From: Malacoraja senta
Lineage: Eukaryota
Assembly: GCA_038087875.1 (NCBI GenBank)
Contig: CM075980.1
Location: forward strand, 74,958,001 to 75,022,000
DNA: 64,000 nucleotides
Direction: 5' to 3'
Shown in pieces: positions 11,655 to 25,700 of this stretch. The stretch's first letter is position 1. Each line of letters begins with the position of its first letter. The notes beneath the pieces were generated by a model. It ran no database searches. It was not told the DNA's origin and saw only the letters and a list, made by a program, of their open reading frames with translations. The position numbers and the translations under genes are program-made.

Positions 11655-13439
11655 TCAAATCCTCCAAACATTCAGGAAAGTAGCAGCCTTTCTTTCAGTC
11701 TGCTGAATTACATGGGTTATAATTTTCCCATATATTTCACTTGAATAATCTCTAATTATGTGGTCAAGCGATACATAACTAACCCAGGAGCGTAATAGAT
11801 ATGCATCCAGTTCAAGGTGTTTCTCCAGGGTTTTCCAGCCTTTTTCCGAGGGTAGGGGGTTCTGTAACTGGAGGGAATAGTTCATGGTGAGAGGGAAGAC
11901 ATTTAAGAGGGACCTCGGGGGCAACATTTTCACTCAAAGGATAATCGGTATCTGGAATGAGCTGACATAGGAAGCTATAGATGCATTTAGAATGATAACT
12001 TTTCAAAAATATTTGGGCAGATGTGTGGATATAAGAAAGGGTTTAGGGGGCTATAGACTAAAATGTAAACAAATGGGACTATCTCAGTATGCCAACTCAG
12101 TTGGTCAAGGACAAAGTGGGCCAAAGGGCCTGTTTCAGTGGCTCTATAACTCTATGTTGATTTAGATATGTATTTTGAATCCCACCATGGTAGTTGTGGA
12201 ATTTAAATAAACAAATAAATCTAGAATTAAAACTAGTCTCAGAAAAGGTAACTGCAGAATTCTGGATTATTGTAAAATAAAGAGATGTACCATCATGACC
12301 TGCTAATGGGGTTTATTCTTAATTGTCTCCTGGGTTCAGGAATGGACTTTGCACCATGACGGAATAACTAAATAAAACAAATCTCTACTAGTTGGTCCGA
12401 TAATGAAGTTGGGACTATATTTTAAAATCGATAGTCTTTATCTGTTTTTATAATGAGTAATCCTTCCCATTGTTCATTATTTTAACAAAAACAAGGCTTT
12501 TACATTACTGAATGGCCTTTTCCATTTGTCCACCGATAATTCTTGTGTGAAATTTTGATTGTTGGATTACCCGACCTTCTTTGAAAATCTGTGTTGTTCG
12601 CCTCGTCCATTCCCAGAACAGCTCCTCGGGCTTTTTGATTGCAAGATTCTTAATAGGACTTGCCTGCTCAAACTGATCCTGTGAAGATTTGTGTCTCTGC
12701 TATTGACAACCTTGTGCACATTAACACAAGGTTTTTAGGCAACTCGACCAATTGCTTCAGGGCTTAGTTGATAACTAAACCCAAACAAATTCTCCAAACT
12801 AGCACTTTGAATGGAATAGAAAAAGTTGTAGAAAGTAGTCCAATCCTATTTTTCTTATAGACTAGAAGTCATCTTTGCTCTTCCTCACCCATCGTCACAA
12901 TGTCCCAGATTTTCCAGTCAGCAGCAAAGGAACTTGACGAAGACTATCCTGAAAAAATTAGGGGATTGCAGATTATAAATTCTGCCTGTTAATTGATCAC
13001 TTTGAGTTTAATGCCATTTATTGTGGAACTGGAGTGTCCAGTGAAAAGGTTTACTGACGCGTTCATCAGATTGAAGTATAACCACAAATGACAAGTCTGG
13101 AAATGACATCCACTTCGCATTGATATGATTTTGCAGAAACCACTTCAGAACATTTTGACATTTGAATGCATTTTAAGGAGAATGTGGTGATTTTTATTAT
13201 CTTACGAATCATTTAATATTTAAGCGTTCTGAGACTGCACACTCATAAAAATAGACTTTAGTAGTTGAGAGATTGGTCAACCATATTTATGACTCAGAAT
13301 GTTTAGTTAACGTGACTAATGAGGCATAGAAGTTTGAAACTTCTCACAAACAATGAATCTGATGTAGCGGAGGCAGTTTGGGCACTTTGGATGTTGATTT
13401 TCTGACAGATTCACATGTGATATAAATTCACGTGTTTGT

Positions 13440-14116
13440 AGTTTGAAGCAGTGTCCCGACACAAAATGTGGCCTATCCATGTCCTCCAGAGATGCTTCCT
13501 GACCCGCTGAGATATTGAACCTCTTTGTGTTTTGCTGAAGATTCCAGCATCTGCAGTTCCTTGTGTTTCAAGTTTACTGTTTCATTACGAAATCTCCTCA
13601 GTATGCCCACCTCGAGTTCCTCTCCTGTCTCTGATGGGAGTTTTGTGAGACTTGCTCTAACTGCTCCCCCTCTGTAATTCCTGCTTTTCAACCATATTCT
13701 GACCCAGAACCGCAACCACGATCATGTGTGTTTCCGCAGCACTTGCCTGCATCACAATCTTGTGACTTGTGGCTTCCAACTCCAAATCCAGGCTTCCCAG
13801 TTCAGAACCGACCTGGATCTAAGGTATCCACCACTTCCAGCAACAGTTCTCCCTCCATGCATTCTCCACCATGCGCCGGTACTGGCTGGCTCTCCCTCAG
13901 TCTCTGCAAAAACTACGGACCTCACTCACTCAGCCATGCCATGGACACCAACTCCACTTCATCATCCACTGGATCCACGCCTTCAGTCGATACTTCATCA
14001 CCTACCTGACTTCCACGAAGGACCGTAACAGACTGAAGAAGGGTCCCGACCCCAAATATCGTCTATTTATGTTCTGAGAGATGCTGCCTAAGCTGCTGAG
14101 TTACTCTAGCACTTTG
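13440..14116 (+). mobile_element. Penelope-like pLTR + probable ORF N-terminal remnant + second pLTR
   Basis: pLTR-type repeats at about 13440-13570 and 14031-14116. Between them lies frameshifted coding-like sequence (CL..NLVTCGFQL; MRRY..L...KD) resembling the Penelope ORF start, recognised from memory only. Confidence 0.5.
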
Positions 14117-14301
14117 TTTTTTTACTCATATTTGTAGTGCAAGTCACAGTAGCTACCATATTGAACAGAGTGCCAATGAATGCATTATTGTCATACAGTT
14201 TTGAAATTAGCAGACCTTAACGTTACAGAGCTTCATGGCCTTGACTTGATATTGTACGTGGGGCCCCACTTGTGACCTCTCTGCCTGTACTTAGAGTATT
14301 G

Positions 14302-14587
14302 TGCAGACAGGAACTGCAGATGATGGTATATTCTGAAGCTGGTCACATTGTGCTGGAGTAACTCAACTGGTCAGGCAGCATCTCTTCTCCAGCCAACAAT
14401 GGGCCATTATGGGCTCTACCCTTCCTTGGTCATCTGTTGCTGGCCCTGCTTTGTTCTGGCCTTTTCCAGTTCTCTCACCTCTACTTTCAGTCTGAAGCGG
14501 GGTCCTGCCCCAAAATGTCACCCGTCCTTTTCCTCCAGAGATGCTGCCTGACCCGCTGAGTTGCTCCAGCACTTTGTGTCTATCTTA
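14302..14587. mobile_element. Inverted-plus-direct pLTR-derived insertion
   Basis: tgctggagtaactca...tgagttgctccagca inverted arms. AGAGTATTG direct repeat at 14293 and 14588. Confidence 0.7.
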
Positions 14588-14599
14588 AGAGTATTGGTT

Positions 14600-15035
14600 C
14601 CGTTTTGGTCATCCTGCTATATGAAAGATTCCAATACGCTGGAAAGAGTACAGTTAAAATTTATAAGAATGTTGGCAGTACTCGAGGGCCTGAGCTATAG
14701 GGAGAGCTAAATGGGCAGGCTAGGACATTATTCCCTGGGGTGCAGGAGGCTGAGGGGTAATCTTATCGATGCACAAAAGCACAAGGGGCCTAGATAAGTG
14801 CAATGTACCATATTTTTCCCAGGGTTGAGGGACCTGAAGGGAATTTTTTTTTGCACAGATGGTAGATTTATGGAACGAGCTGAAGTGGTTGAGGCAGTTG
14901 CAATAACAACACTTGAAAGGCATTTGGACAGGTACATAGATAGGAAAGGCTTAGAGGGATATTGGACTAGACTGGATGGGCATCTTGGTTGGCAAGATAA
15001 ATTGGGCCAAGGGGCTTGTTTTTGTGTTGTGTAAC
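14600..15035 (+). mobile_element. Decayed CR1 3' fragment
   Basis: Similarity to the other CR1 ORF2 ends in the window (gagctatagggagag, gaggctgaggggt.atctta). Confidence 0.7.
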
Positions 15036-18000
15036 TACATGTGTATAGAAAGCACGAAAGGAAAGAGCATCCATTGTACCCTATGGATATGGCCAGTCGT
15101 GGAAAATGTTTGACGTTTGTCTGTAAAACGATGAAAGGAGTAATGTGTGCTTTCCAGATACATAGCTTTCACCATCAAAAGATTTTGAAGCTCCTCTCAA
15201 TAGCTGAGCAGCAGACTTTTGGCAGCCGTTTTCACTTGATTCTTGCCCTGTAAGCTACTGTGCAAGGCTTGTTTTAGCAAAGATATTTTTGTGTAAGCCA
15301 CTCAAATGACATTTCAAACCACTTTCTGATTATTTTTGGGGACCTTATTGTGATATGTAGTTTGTTGAATGAATCCAGAATGAATGTAATTGGCAGCAAA
15401 AAAAAGTCTATGTGAAATAACTAAGTATGTTGTTTTTAGTTGAATTTTAATTTAATCTTATAATGTTAACATAATTTCATTGTTATCTTTGGGAATTTTA
15501 CTCTTAAGATAGGTCACGATTTCCATACACTGTCTAAAAATTAATTGGAGACTATTTTTATTGATTGAAGATGAAAAATAGGTTATTATTTCATGCTATT
15601 TCCAGTACTTTGGATTTTGTCTCAACAATATAACACTTTTAATCTTATTGCCGGAGTTCACTGCTGAAACAGCTGATGCTATTGAATCTGAATCACAATG
15701 AAGCTTTGGCTGAAAGACTTGGGAGATGAAGTGGAGTGGGCGGCCACCTTGCCAAGTCGCCACGATTGACATATTTTTGTTCACCCACTACAGATGTATT
15801 CCACCCTGGGTAGAGCAGAACTTGTGACAAGCAAATGGGCATAATGGATTTGGTCAGGAGCCCAGTGACAATGTGCACAGGCAAGAAAAGAGCATAATCT
15901 GGTTTGCTAACCATTTGACCTTCTTTATTTCCTGCCCTAATTACTCCAATGGTATTTTGCACTTCCTGTTCATTCTCCTTGTGCTGCATGCCATATTAAA
16001 CCACCCACATCCTGATTCTAGAGCTTAATTTTATTGGCCTCGACATTTCTTCTATTCTTTGCGGCTTTAAACATTTGTTTCCCCAGTGTACAGGTTTCAT
16101 TTTGTTCGTGGTAATAGGCATTATTCTTATGCTGTCTTTTAACAATTAGATCCAAGCAGAAAGCCAAGTCTTGGCTCTCCGTAGATGATATGTTCTGCAT
16201 CTAATGCATTACCCACCGGCAAAAAACAGTGCAACTCTTCCATCAACCATGTCATTTCACCATGTTTTCAATTTTCTTGCATTGAATTTATTTGTTTTAT
16301 TGTTCATTTCATCTACTCCAAATTATGACCAATTATGAGATGAAGATATTTTATTGTGATTAAAATTGCCTTAAAATTTTAATGGACTCTGCTAAAACTA
16401 ACTAGCTGCTCAGTAAGGCAGGAAAATTGAGCTTGGAGTCTGTTGCAGTTGTTACGGTAGGGAGGTGCACATCCTTCTCCTCTAAGGCTACAAGTTCAAT
16501 AACCTCTACATTAGTGAATGGGTTGTTGCCACATTAAAGGTGGAAAGAATGAAGCTTTGGGGTAATTAGCCAGTTAAAGGACTGGCCTAGAGTTTTGGCA
16601 TGGAAACCTAACAAAATCTTCTTTACACTTGATTGTGGAATTCACTCTTGAAAGGTGTTAATCATGTTTTGTACAGTTCATGTGTATGGGTATGGCTTTA
16701 ATCCACGCTTCTTGAATTGCATTATTGGCTATTTGTGACAATATTTGGCACCATCTTGGACAGCTGCCTTTAGTGACTGGGTCAAGTGTAATTTAGGACG
16801 TTTTCATGACCTTTAAGGGCACAATCATAATATAACTGCAGTTACAGTTCAGGCAGGCAGAGCAACATTTTAGTGAAGTTGAGTCTGGTTCAACTTGAAC
16901 ATCTACTTATGTTTTATGAATAAACAATGTCCCAGAGGTTCCATTATAACAGTTAAGAATTTAAATATTTAGAAGGTGGAACATGCTTAGTTTAAAAAAG
17001 TGAGATGAAATAAGCTTTAAACAGATCTGTGACGCAGAGAGTTTTTTTGATTCGATTTGACACCGCACATCTCTTCTCCCACGTAATCTCACCGAGCTCT
17101 AGAAATAAGTTGGTGCCAAAAAGAAAATGTTCTCTGAAGGTCCTTTCTTGACCCAAGGAATTGCGTATGTGCCATAAAATCAGAGAGGGATACAGCACAA
17201 AATCAGGCTCTCCAACCCACTGAGTCTGTGTTGACTCTCAAACACCTTATTTCCACTCAACCTACATTAATCCCACTTTTTATCTCCCCACATTCTCCTC
17301 TTCTTTCAGATTCTTCCACTTACCTCAACACTAAGGACAATTGAAAGTCGACAATTAACCTGCTAAACAACATGTATTTGGGGTTTAGGAAGTAAAAACA
17401 GAGCTCCTGGATGAAAGCCATGCTCTAATGCTGAATAGTTACGTAAAAAGTGTGAATATATTCAGGCAGAATGTAACAGCAAACTCATTTTAATCCAAAA
17501 TCTGCTCTATTTGTTTCTCAAAGAAAATTGGAGCATTAGAGAAGAATTAAAAATAATTCACTCAGTTGACCGAGATGTGTTTATCACGAAAGGTTGAAGA
17601 GTTTGAACATCTTTCTTGGAAGGCAACGGCTAAAAGCAGAAAAGGTATTGAGATCTTTCAAATTACATATAACCCATAAAGTATGAACAGTGAGAAAAAT
17701 AGGATTGTCCCAACAAATCCAAAGAGGAATTCGGAAATATAAATATCAGATGTAATGGAGGCCGGTAATTCACATGCAGTTATAAGGAAGGTCGGAACAT
17801 GGTCACAAGAAGCAGAAAGAAGATATTGATGGCACGAATGAAAGAGGAAAGGTGAGAGGAGAGCTGCGTGAGACATTAACGCCTTGGAGACCAAATAGAC
17901 CACAAAACCCGCATAACAGCGCAAACCTTTGTGTATTATTTTTTTGCCCAGTTTTCAAATTTGTGGTTGTACATTTAATCTGGATTAATTATCCCCATTT

Positions 18001-20894
18001 TTCCTCTTCCCTTCCCATTATCTAATGACCGTATGATCCTTCGAGAGGGGTTGGGGGGGGGGTGTTGGAGAGGAGCGATGTACTTGTATTTCTTCCGATC
18101 TTGTGTCCTATGTTTGGTGTTCACCTTGTACCTGCCTCTATGTTGGAGATACTAGCAGCAGATAGGATGACTGTTTTATGGAACGCCTACATTCAATCAC
18201 CAATGCGCATCACTGCAATTCCTCATTCCTCTCCCATTGCGACATAACTTGCTGTGTCTTCCAGGATTTTTCCAACAAAACGCCTACAAAATCTTGAGGA
18301 ACACTACCCCATCTTCCATCTGGATGTGTTTGCTACCTCAATATCGAATTCAACAATTTCAGATATCTTGCTATTTCTATTTCCGTGAAAATTGGCCCAT
18401 TTCTGAGTTCATCAGATTTGAACGCTTCAACCAGTGACTCTTGCCTGGAGAGTTCAGAAACCAGGGGGTCACAACCTTGAAATAAGGGAAAGGCCCTTTT
18501 TGGACTGAGATAAAGAAAACTTTCTTTTCACAGAGGATGGTGAATCATTGGGATTTTTCACCTGAAGGATTGTGGATGCTTAGTCGTAGCCAAGACTGAT
18601 AGAAATCTGGATATTAAGGAAAGCAAGGGTAAAGGGGAATGAAACTGGAGTAGATAATCAGCCTGATTATGATGAATGGTGGAGGAACTCGAAGGACTAG
18701 GTGGCCTTCCGGCTTCTTGCAAATCATGTCAAGCAACGTCCATACACAGACATTGGTCCAAATGGTAAACCAAAATAAATTGTATGATTATACTATTGAA
18801 CAGGAGGCATCATTGTTCAATACTAACAGAGCTTCCATTGTTATGACCAATAAGTGGATTTCACACATTTTTGCTGTTCTATGAGCTTTGAATTTTGCCC
18901 CAATGGTACTCGAGAGTCACCAAACATAAATTGTTCAATTGGATCATCCTCATTTTAACCAGTGATTAAAATGACTTCATTAAGGAGCTTTCAACCAAAT
19001 TTAAACTTTCACAGAGGCAGGTTTGCTGCAAGCTTCTGCAAGTAAGATTTTTATTGTTCCATTTTGTGACATATGACAATAAAACACTCTTGAGTATCAT
19101 TTCCACAATGCTCAGTAGGATGACACTGGAAAGTGGGTAATGACTTCTTGGATGAAGGAATGCAAACCAGAAAAATCTGAAGAAAGTAAATAAACAGCTC
19201 CTGCCCTGAAGATTTCTGATTATTACCATCATGTAATTGTATTGTGCCCTGGTGTCACTGCATAGAATTGTTAATGACTTACAAGGAATTGCAGATGCTG
19301 GTTTACGCAAAAAAAAGTGTGGATTAACTTGGCAGGTCAGGCAGCATCTCTGGAGAAATGGATGGGTGATGTTTTAGGTCTTTAGACCAAAATTGTTCTT
19401 CACGGGAAAATAGAAGTAGAACTGTCAAGAGATTTTTTTCTTAGTCAGTAGCACTAAATGTTGAGTTCAGAATTTGCAGGGTTCCGTCACCACTATATTG
19501 ACCAGTGAGTTCAATCAAGGAATCTGTGATGATCTCATTTTTAAGCAATAATCACGTAAGCATTGCTGCCAGTAATACAGCTCATCATTGGGGGGGGGGG
19601 AACAAAACCCTCAGTATATATCAGATTCCCAGAAATGCTCCGAATACATTATTTTTGTCTGGGAGCTTTCGGAATTCTGCGATGTTATCTTTTGTATCTG
19701 ATTTTGTGTATTCTCTTTATTTCAGCAATATTATCACCAAATTGCTGCTATTTTCAAATAGTCCAGAATTTCTGGGTATTTTTATATCTGGTTCAAAGTA
19801 TTTCCTCAAGAAAAACTGGTAACAGGATTCAGAAAGACAGCAGATTCTGCTAACTGACACCAGCTGCTTAGACCCTGCACGTCAGATAGGGAAAGCATTC
19901 TCATAAAGAGATGAAAAAATAAGCAGCGTGGAATAATAAGATACAGATTGGTGTGAAAATTAGTTTTTATGAAGGTCTTTCTCATGAGATTTGAATTACC
20001 TTGTGGATTTAATGTCTGTATTCCTGAATACGTTGACATCTAAAACACCACACAGCTTGTAATATTAAAGCAACAGACCATGTTTATTAAATTTATTATT
20101 CAACACCAAGATAAAGAGCAGAGGGATGTCCTGCGACTCAGTAGGCGATGTATTTATTTTTTTGTTCCTCTGCTGTTCAGATTCTCTGCTGCCTTGAAAA
20201 AATACAAGAAAGGTTTATCATCAGTGAGAGTGGAGATAAAAATGATCAAAATGGCCAGAGCATAAGTTAGAACATTCTGGATCCCACATCAGGTCAGGCA
20301 GCATCTGAAAGTGGATAAGATCCCCCATCCTCCTCCACCTCCACCTATATTCCTTCCTTTAGGCTTCACAATTGTTTTGGTTTACTGTTTTCTTTTCATC
20401 TCTGGCCCTTGTCCAGCCATCTGCCTATCAAAAAAAGACCTCAAGTGTCAAATGTTTTAATGTCGTAAGTCTCTAAACAGAACAATGAAATTCTTACTTG
20501 CAGCAGCACAACAGATGTGTAAACACAGTATTCTCCTGTGCTCACCTATTACTTGCTATGTTTTGTCCTGCCCCTCCTCTCTCCGAGTTCATTCCTTCAC
20601 ATCCCCCCATACAATCAGTCTGAAGAAGGGTTCTGACACGAAAGTCACCTCCGAAATGCTGCCTGACCCACTGAATTACTCCAGCACTTTGTGTCTTTTC
20701 CTTTGTATGTCTCAGGAGTTGGTTATTTGTCAAAACTGAATGAAAGTACTGCAGGCGTTAAATGTTAGGTGCAGAACAATAATGTACCTTCAGATAAATT
20801 TATCATATTGGTATTGATCATCCAGGGTGAAGTCTTCCCTATAAATGAGCTATTCCAGTCCTTCATCACGCAGAGTTGAATATGTTGAAATAGA

Positions 20895-21095
20895 AGGTAG
20901 ACACAAAATGCTGGAGTAACTCAGCGGGACAGGCAGCATCTCTGGAGAGAAGGAATGGGTGACGTCTGAAGAAGGGTCTCGACCTGTAATGTCACCCATT
21001 CCCTCTATCCAGAGATGCTGCCTGGCCTGCTGAGTTACTCCAGCATTTTGTGTCTACCTTCGAGTTAAACCAGCATCTGAAGTTCTTTCCTACAC
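20895..21095. mobile_element. Palindromic pLTR-derived short insertion with a hammerhead-like loop
   Basis: About 70-bp inverted arms around ctgaagaagggtctcgacc. A 13-bp TSD ATGTTGAAATAGA lies at 20882 and 21096. Confidence 0.85.
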
Positions 21096-22711
21096 ATGTT
21101 GAAATAGATATTAGTTTGTTTGGGAATTAATAAGTATAGTAGATAGGGTTAGTTATGGAGAAAGCTTCCATCTGAATGGCAATGTTTGCCCTGTAGGGAA
21201 CAGATTAAGATGTGAAAATGTAATTGCTAATTGAAATGCAAGTTTGATTGAAATCCTTTATTTGGAACCATTTGAGCGCTGAAAAGCCAATTATGTTTCA
21301 AGCATAATACTCACTACTTTGCTCGCAAATAACTAGTCTAGCCACAAATTAATTATTTCACTGTTTATTCAGTTTATACATTTTCAAATGGTAATTGTTG
21401 GTTTTTTGAGTTTTGTAAATCCAAAGAATATTATTTCCATCCTTTCACCTCTTCGCATTGATGGTTTTCAACAGTGAACAGAATTGCTTGCAAAGTTCTA
21501 AGAACTTGTTGAAAGTGTAAGATTGCTGTGGCATTCATATCTTTCCAAAGTAGTCTTGTTAAAATGTCAATGATGTGTTATAACAGCTTAATAATATGTT
21601 GCAAGAGTGAGATCATATCATTCACGTGGATTTGATGCTTTAAGATAATTAGAGCCAAAGTAGAACAATAAATAGAATCAGTCCTTTGAAGAACAAACAT
21701 GAAGATACAGACAGTAGGTAGCAGGATCTTCATTCAATCAGCTTAATCAAAAGAGCAATTTAAGTCTAAAAATGTTGAACTGATACGAATGAGGATAGCA
21801 TGTTGGAACACCACAAAAGTTGGTTCTATTAGCTAGAGTTAGTCTCCAGTTGCAGTTTAGATGTAAATATTAGATATTCAGCTCTCAACATATGAACTGC
21901 ATTCTCTCTTCTGCCTTTTTGAATAATTATATCAGTTGTCCAACAAACATCTCTTGTTAGCATGGTAGCCCAGATGTTTCTACATCAGCTACTTCAGGTT
22001 CTTGAAGGAGAAACTATGAGAGGAGCCTGCCAAAGGGATTGCATCTATCTTCCAAGGAATGTTTGTTTGCTGTAGGCTGCAATTCCCTTTCCTGTAAATA
22101 TTTTGAGGTTTAAAATGCACCGTCCACTTTGATGCTCGAAACATCATTCAAAGAAAGTGATGAACTCCAATGCATGCCTGGTTGATCAGAACATTTGGTT
22201 TACCCCCTCATAACCGAAAAAGCCTGTTGAAATATGACCTGATTGAAGGACAAAAACGAGATGAAAAGCATGAGGTGATTCAGCAGAAAGCAAAATGAAG
22301 GAAGGCTCACACATAAAGAGACATAGTTTGTCTTGTCCTGCTAGTGGCTAAAATGGAACCATAAATAGAATATTTACTCCAATAGGGAATTTGAGTAAAC
22401 ATTTTGCCCTGAGAGTTTGTGGAATGTCGAATTAACTCCTCCAGGGAATAACTTGACTCAAGTGAATAATTTAAATACACTTCAGAGGAACCTGAGCAAA
22501 AAGATATGAAAGCTTCTGATGTCATGGTTAAATGAGGATCATGACTGGCATGGAGCAAAAGGACAGAATGGCCTGTTTCTGTGGTGGACCTTCTATGTAG
22601 GGCCTTAGTTTAAACGAAGCTGTTCTCGGTGAATAGAAGGCTCTTCTAAAATAATGAAGGGACTTCAAGAAAGGGACAACATACACAATTCGGATGCTTC
22701 CTCCATATAAC

Positions 22712-25700
22712 AGCGTGCTCACACGAGCACTACTTTCGCCTCAGCTGCTCCGCGAGGAGGACCCGCCCACGCCTTCCAGCGAAGAACCACAGCAGCGTCC
22801 CGGGACTCGCGGTAGGTACCGTTGGTGTTACTATCACATCCGTTATGGCGCGGAGGCTCGACGCTGCCGCCCACCCTGCACGTTTCAGGGAAATGCCTCG
22901 GCCGATCATCTGTACAGGCGATCCCGATCGGCCCAAACAACCGCCTCTACATCCGCGACCGCCATTCCGGCCACCGTTTCCTGGTAGACTCCGGTGCGAT
23001 CGTCAGCATTCTTCCCCCGACCGGTCGTGACTCTCTTGCCCGAGCTCCTTATGCCCCGTTTCAGCGGGGTCGTGTATCACATCCCTACTGAGGGCCCCCC
23101 AGTGCAAGCCGAGCGTGCCGCCTCCCGCCGGACAAACTGCGCATCGCCCGGGATGAATTCCAGCTCATGGAGGACATGGGCATTGTCCGGCGGTCCGACA
23201 GCCCATGGGCCTCCCCGCTGCACATGGTCCCCAAAGCATCTGGGGGGTGGAGACCGTGCGTGATTACCGGTGTCTGAACGCGGTAACCACGGCAGACCAT
23301 TACCCGGTGCCTCTCATCCACGATTTCTCCTCGCACCTCGAGGGCGCCACGTTCTTCTCTGAGGTGAACCTCGTCCGGGGTTACAACCAAATCCCCGTTC
23401 ACCCCGATGACGTTCCGAAAACCGCCACGATCACCCCGTTCGGCTAGTTCGAATTACTTCGGATGCTTTCGGCTTAAAGAACGCCGCATAGGCGTTCCAG
23501 TGGCTCATGGACCAGGTCGGACGGGGCCTGCCGTTTGTTTTCATTTATTTGGATGACATTCTCGTCGTCAGCGCCTCGCAGGCAGAGCACGTCACCCACC
23601 TCCGTCTTTTGTTTCAGCGTCTCCGTGAACGCGGCCTGGTCATTTACCCCGCGAAGTGCCAGTTTGGCCTTCGTTCCAGCGCCTCCGTGAATGCGGCCTG
23701 GTCATTAACCCCGCAAAGTGCCAGTTTGGCCTTCGTTCCATCTCTTTCTTGGGGCACCGCGTAACCCCACATTGTGCTATCCCGCTCCCTGCGAAGGTTT
23801 CCCCGGCCACTCACCGTGAAGGGGCTGCAGGAGTTCGTCGGCATGGTGAATGTTTATCACCATTTCATGCCGGCAGCTGCTGCCATCATGCGCCCCCTGT
23901 TCCGGTGCCTGGCGGGTAAGCCGCGGGACCTCGTGTGGTCCACAGAGACGGACAAGGCGTTCGAGGGTGCTAAGGTGGCTTTGGCTAACGCCACCATGCT
24001 GGTGCACCAGCGGGCATCCGCCCCCACCGGGCTCACCGTCGACGCCTCAGATGCCGCTGTTGCTGCGGTTCTGGAGCACCTCGTTGACGGCCGTTGCCGT
24101 TCTTTAGCCGACAGCTGCGGGCCGCAGAATGCAACTACAGCGCTTTCGACCGCGAGCTTCTGGCACTCTACCTGGCCATCAGGCATTTCAGGTATTGCCT
24201 CGAGGGCTGTGCGTTTACCGCGTTCACCGACCACAAGACCCTTACTTTCGCCCTAGCTAAGATCGCTGACCCATGGTCCGCCCGGCAGCAGCGACACCTT
24301 GCCTACATCTTGGAATTCACAACTGATATCCGACACATTGCCGGGAAGCTTAACGTCGTTGCCGACGTCTTGTCCCGCCCCGCCATTCCCTCAGTTTTGG
24401 CCCTCGACCACGACGTTGACTACTGCGAGCTTCCAGCAGCGCAGCGGGCAGATACCAGTGTGTCAGCCTACCGCACCGCCAGTACTGACCTTCGGCTAGC
24501 CGAATTGCCTCGCAGTGCGGCCTGTACCGTGGTGCTGTGCGACGTCTCCACGGCGCATGCCCGCTCGGTCAGCCCCATTAGTTGGAGACGGCGGGTTTTC
24601 AACGCTATTCATGGCCTGGCCCACCCGTCCATACGTGCGATGTCTGCCCTCTTGGCAGCTAAGTTCGTCTGGTACGGGCACCGCAAGCAGGTAGCTGCCT
24701 GGGCCCGTGCCTGTATCTCGTGTCAGATCTCCAAGATCCAGCTGCCGGTGCAGGAGTTCGCGGTCCCCGAGTGAAGGTTTCTGCACGTCCATGTGAACCT
24801 GGTGGGTCCCTTGCCACAGTCCAGCGGTGCCACGCACCTGCTCACCAACATGGTCCGTTTTACGCGGTGGCCAGAGGCAATCCCACTTTCGGATACCTCC
24901 GCCGACGCCTGCGCCCGGGCTATGGCGGCCCACTGGATCGCCAGGTTCGGGTTGACCTCCGACATCTCCACGGACCGAGGTGCCCAGTTCACCTCTTCCT
25001 TGTGGTCGGCCCTGGCGCAGCTCTACGGCACCCGGTTGCACCACACGAGCACTGAAGGCTCGACTTACGGATCCGGACTGGGTGGACCAACTGCCCTGGG
25101 TCCTCCTTGGCATCCGCACTACGCCTAAAGAGGATTTGGCTGCTTCCTCGGCCGAGCTCGTGTATGGCTCGGCCCTGCGGGTACCCGGGGATTTCCTGCC
25201 CGCCGCACACTGACAAGTCGCATCAGCCCCGGCGTTGCTGGCCGGCCTTCATGAACGGGTGCGCATGTTGGCCCCTGTCCCCACTTCCAGGCATGGTTCG
25301 TCCACGGTACATGTGCCCGTGTTGTTACAACAGTGTGCCTATGTTTTCATCAGAAGGCTCGCCGTTGCAGTGGGTCTATGAAGGGCCTTTCCGGGTGCTG
25401 CGTGACGGAGTCGCCACGTTCACGTTGAACGTGGGTGGCAGGGAGGAGTTCGTCTCCGTCGGCCATCTCAAGCCCGCCCACGTGGATGTGGAGAGCCCAG
25501 TGGTCATTGCTGCACCACGACATAGACACCGCTGGCCGTTTCGCCCGTACTGAGTACACATTTTCCACCCACCGCGGTGCCTGTTGCGTTTTTGGGCTCC
25601 CGGTTTTGTTTCACCGGCCCCCCGTGTTACGCCCATTCCACTTTCGCGGTCCTCGCGTTCTCCCGGCTTTGTTTTGCCGGCCCCTCGTGTTACGCCTGCC

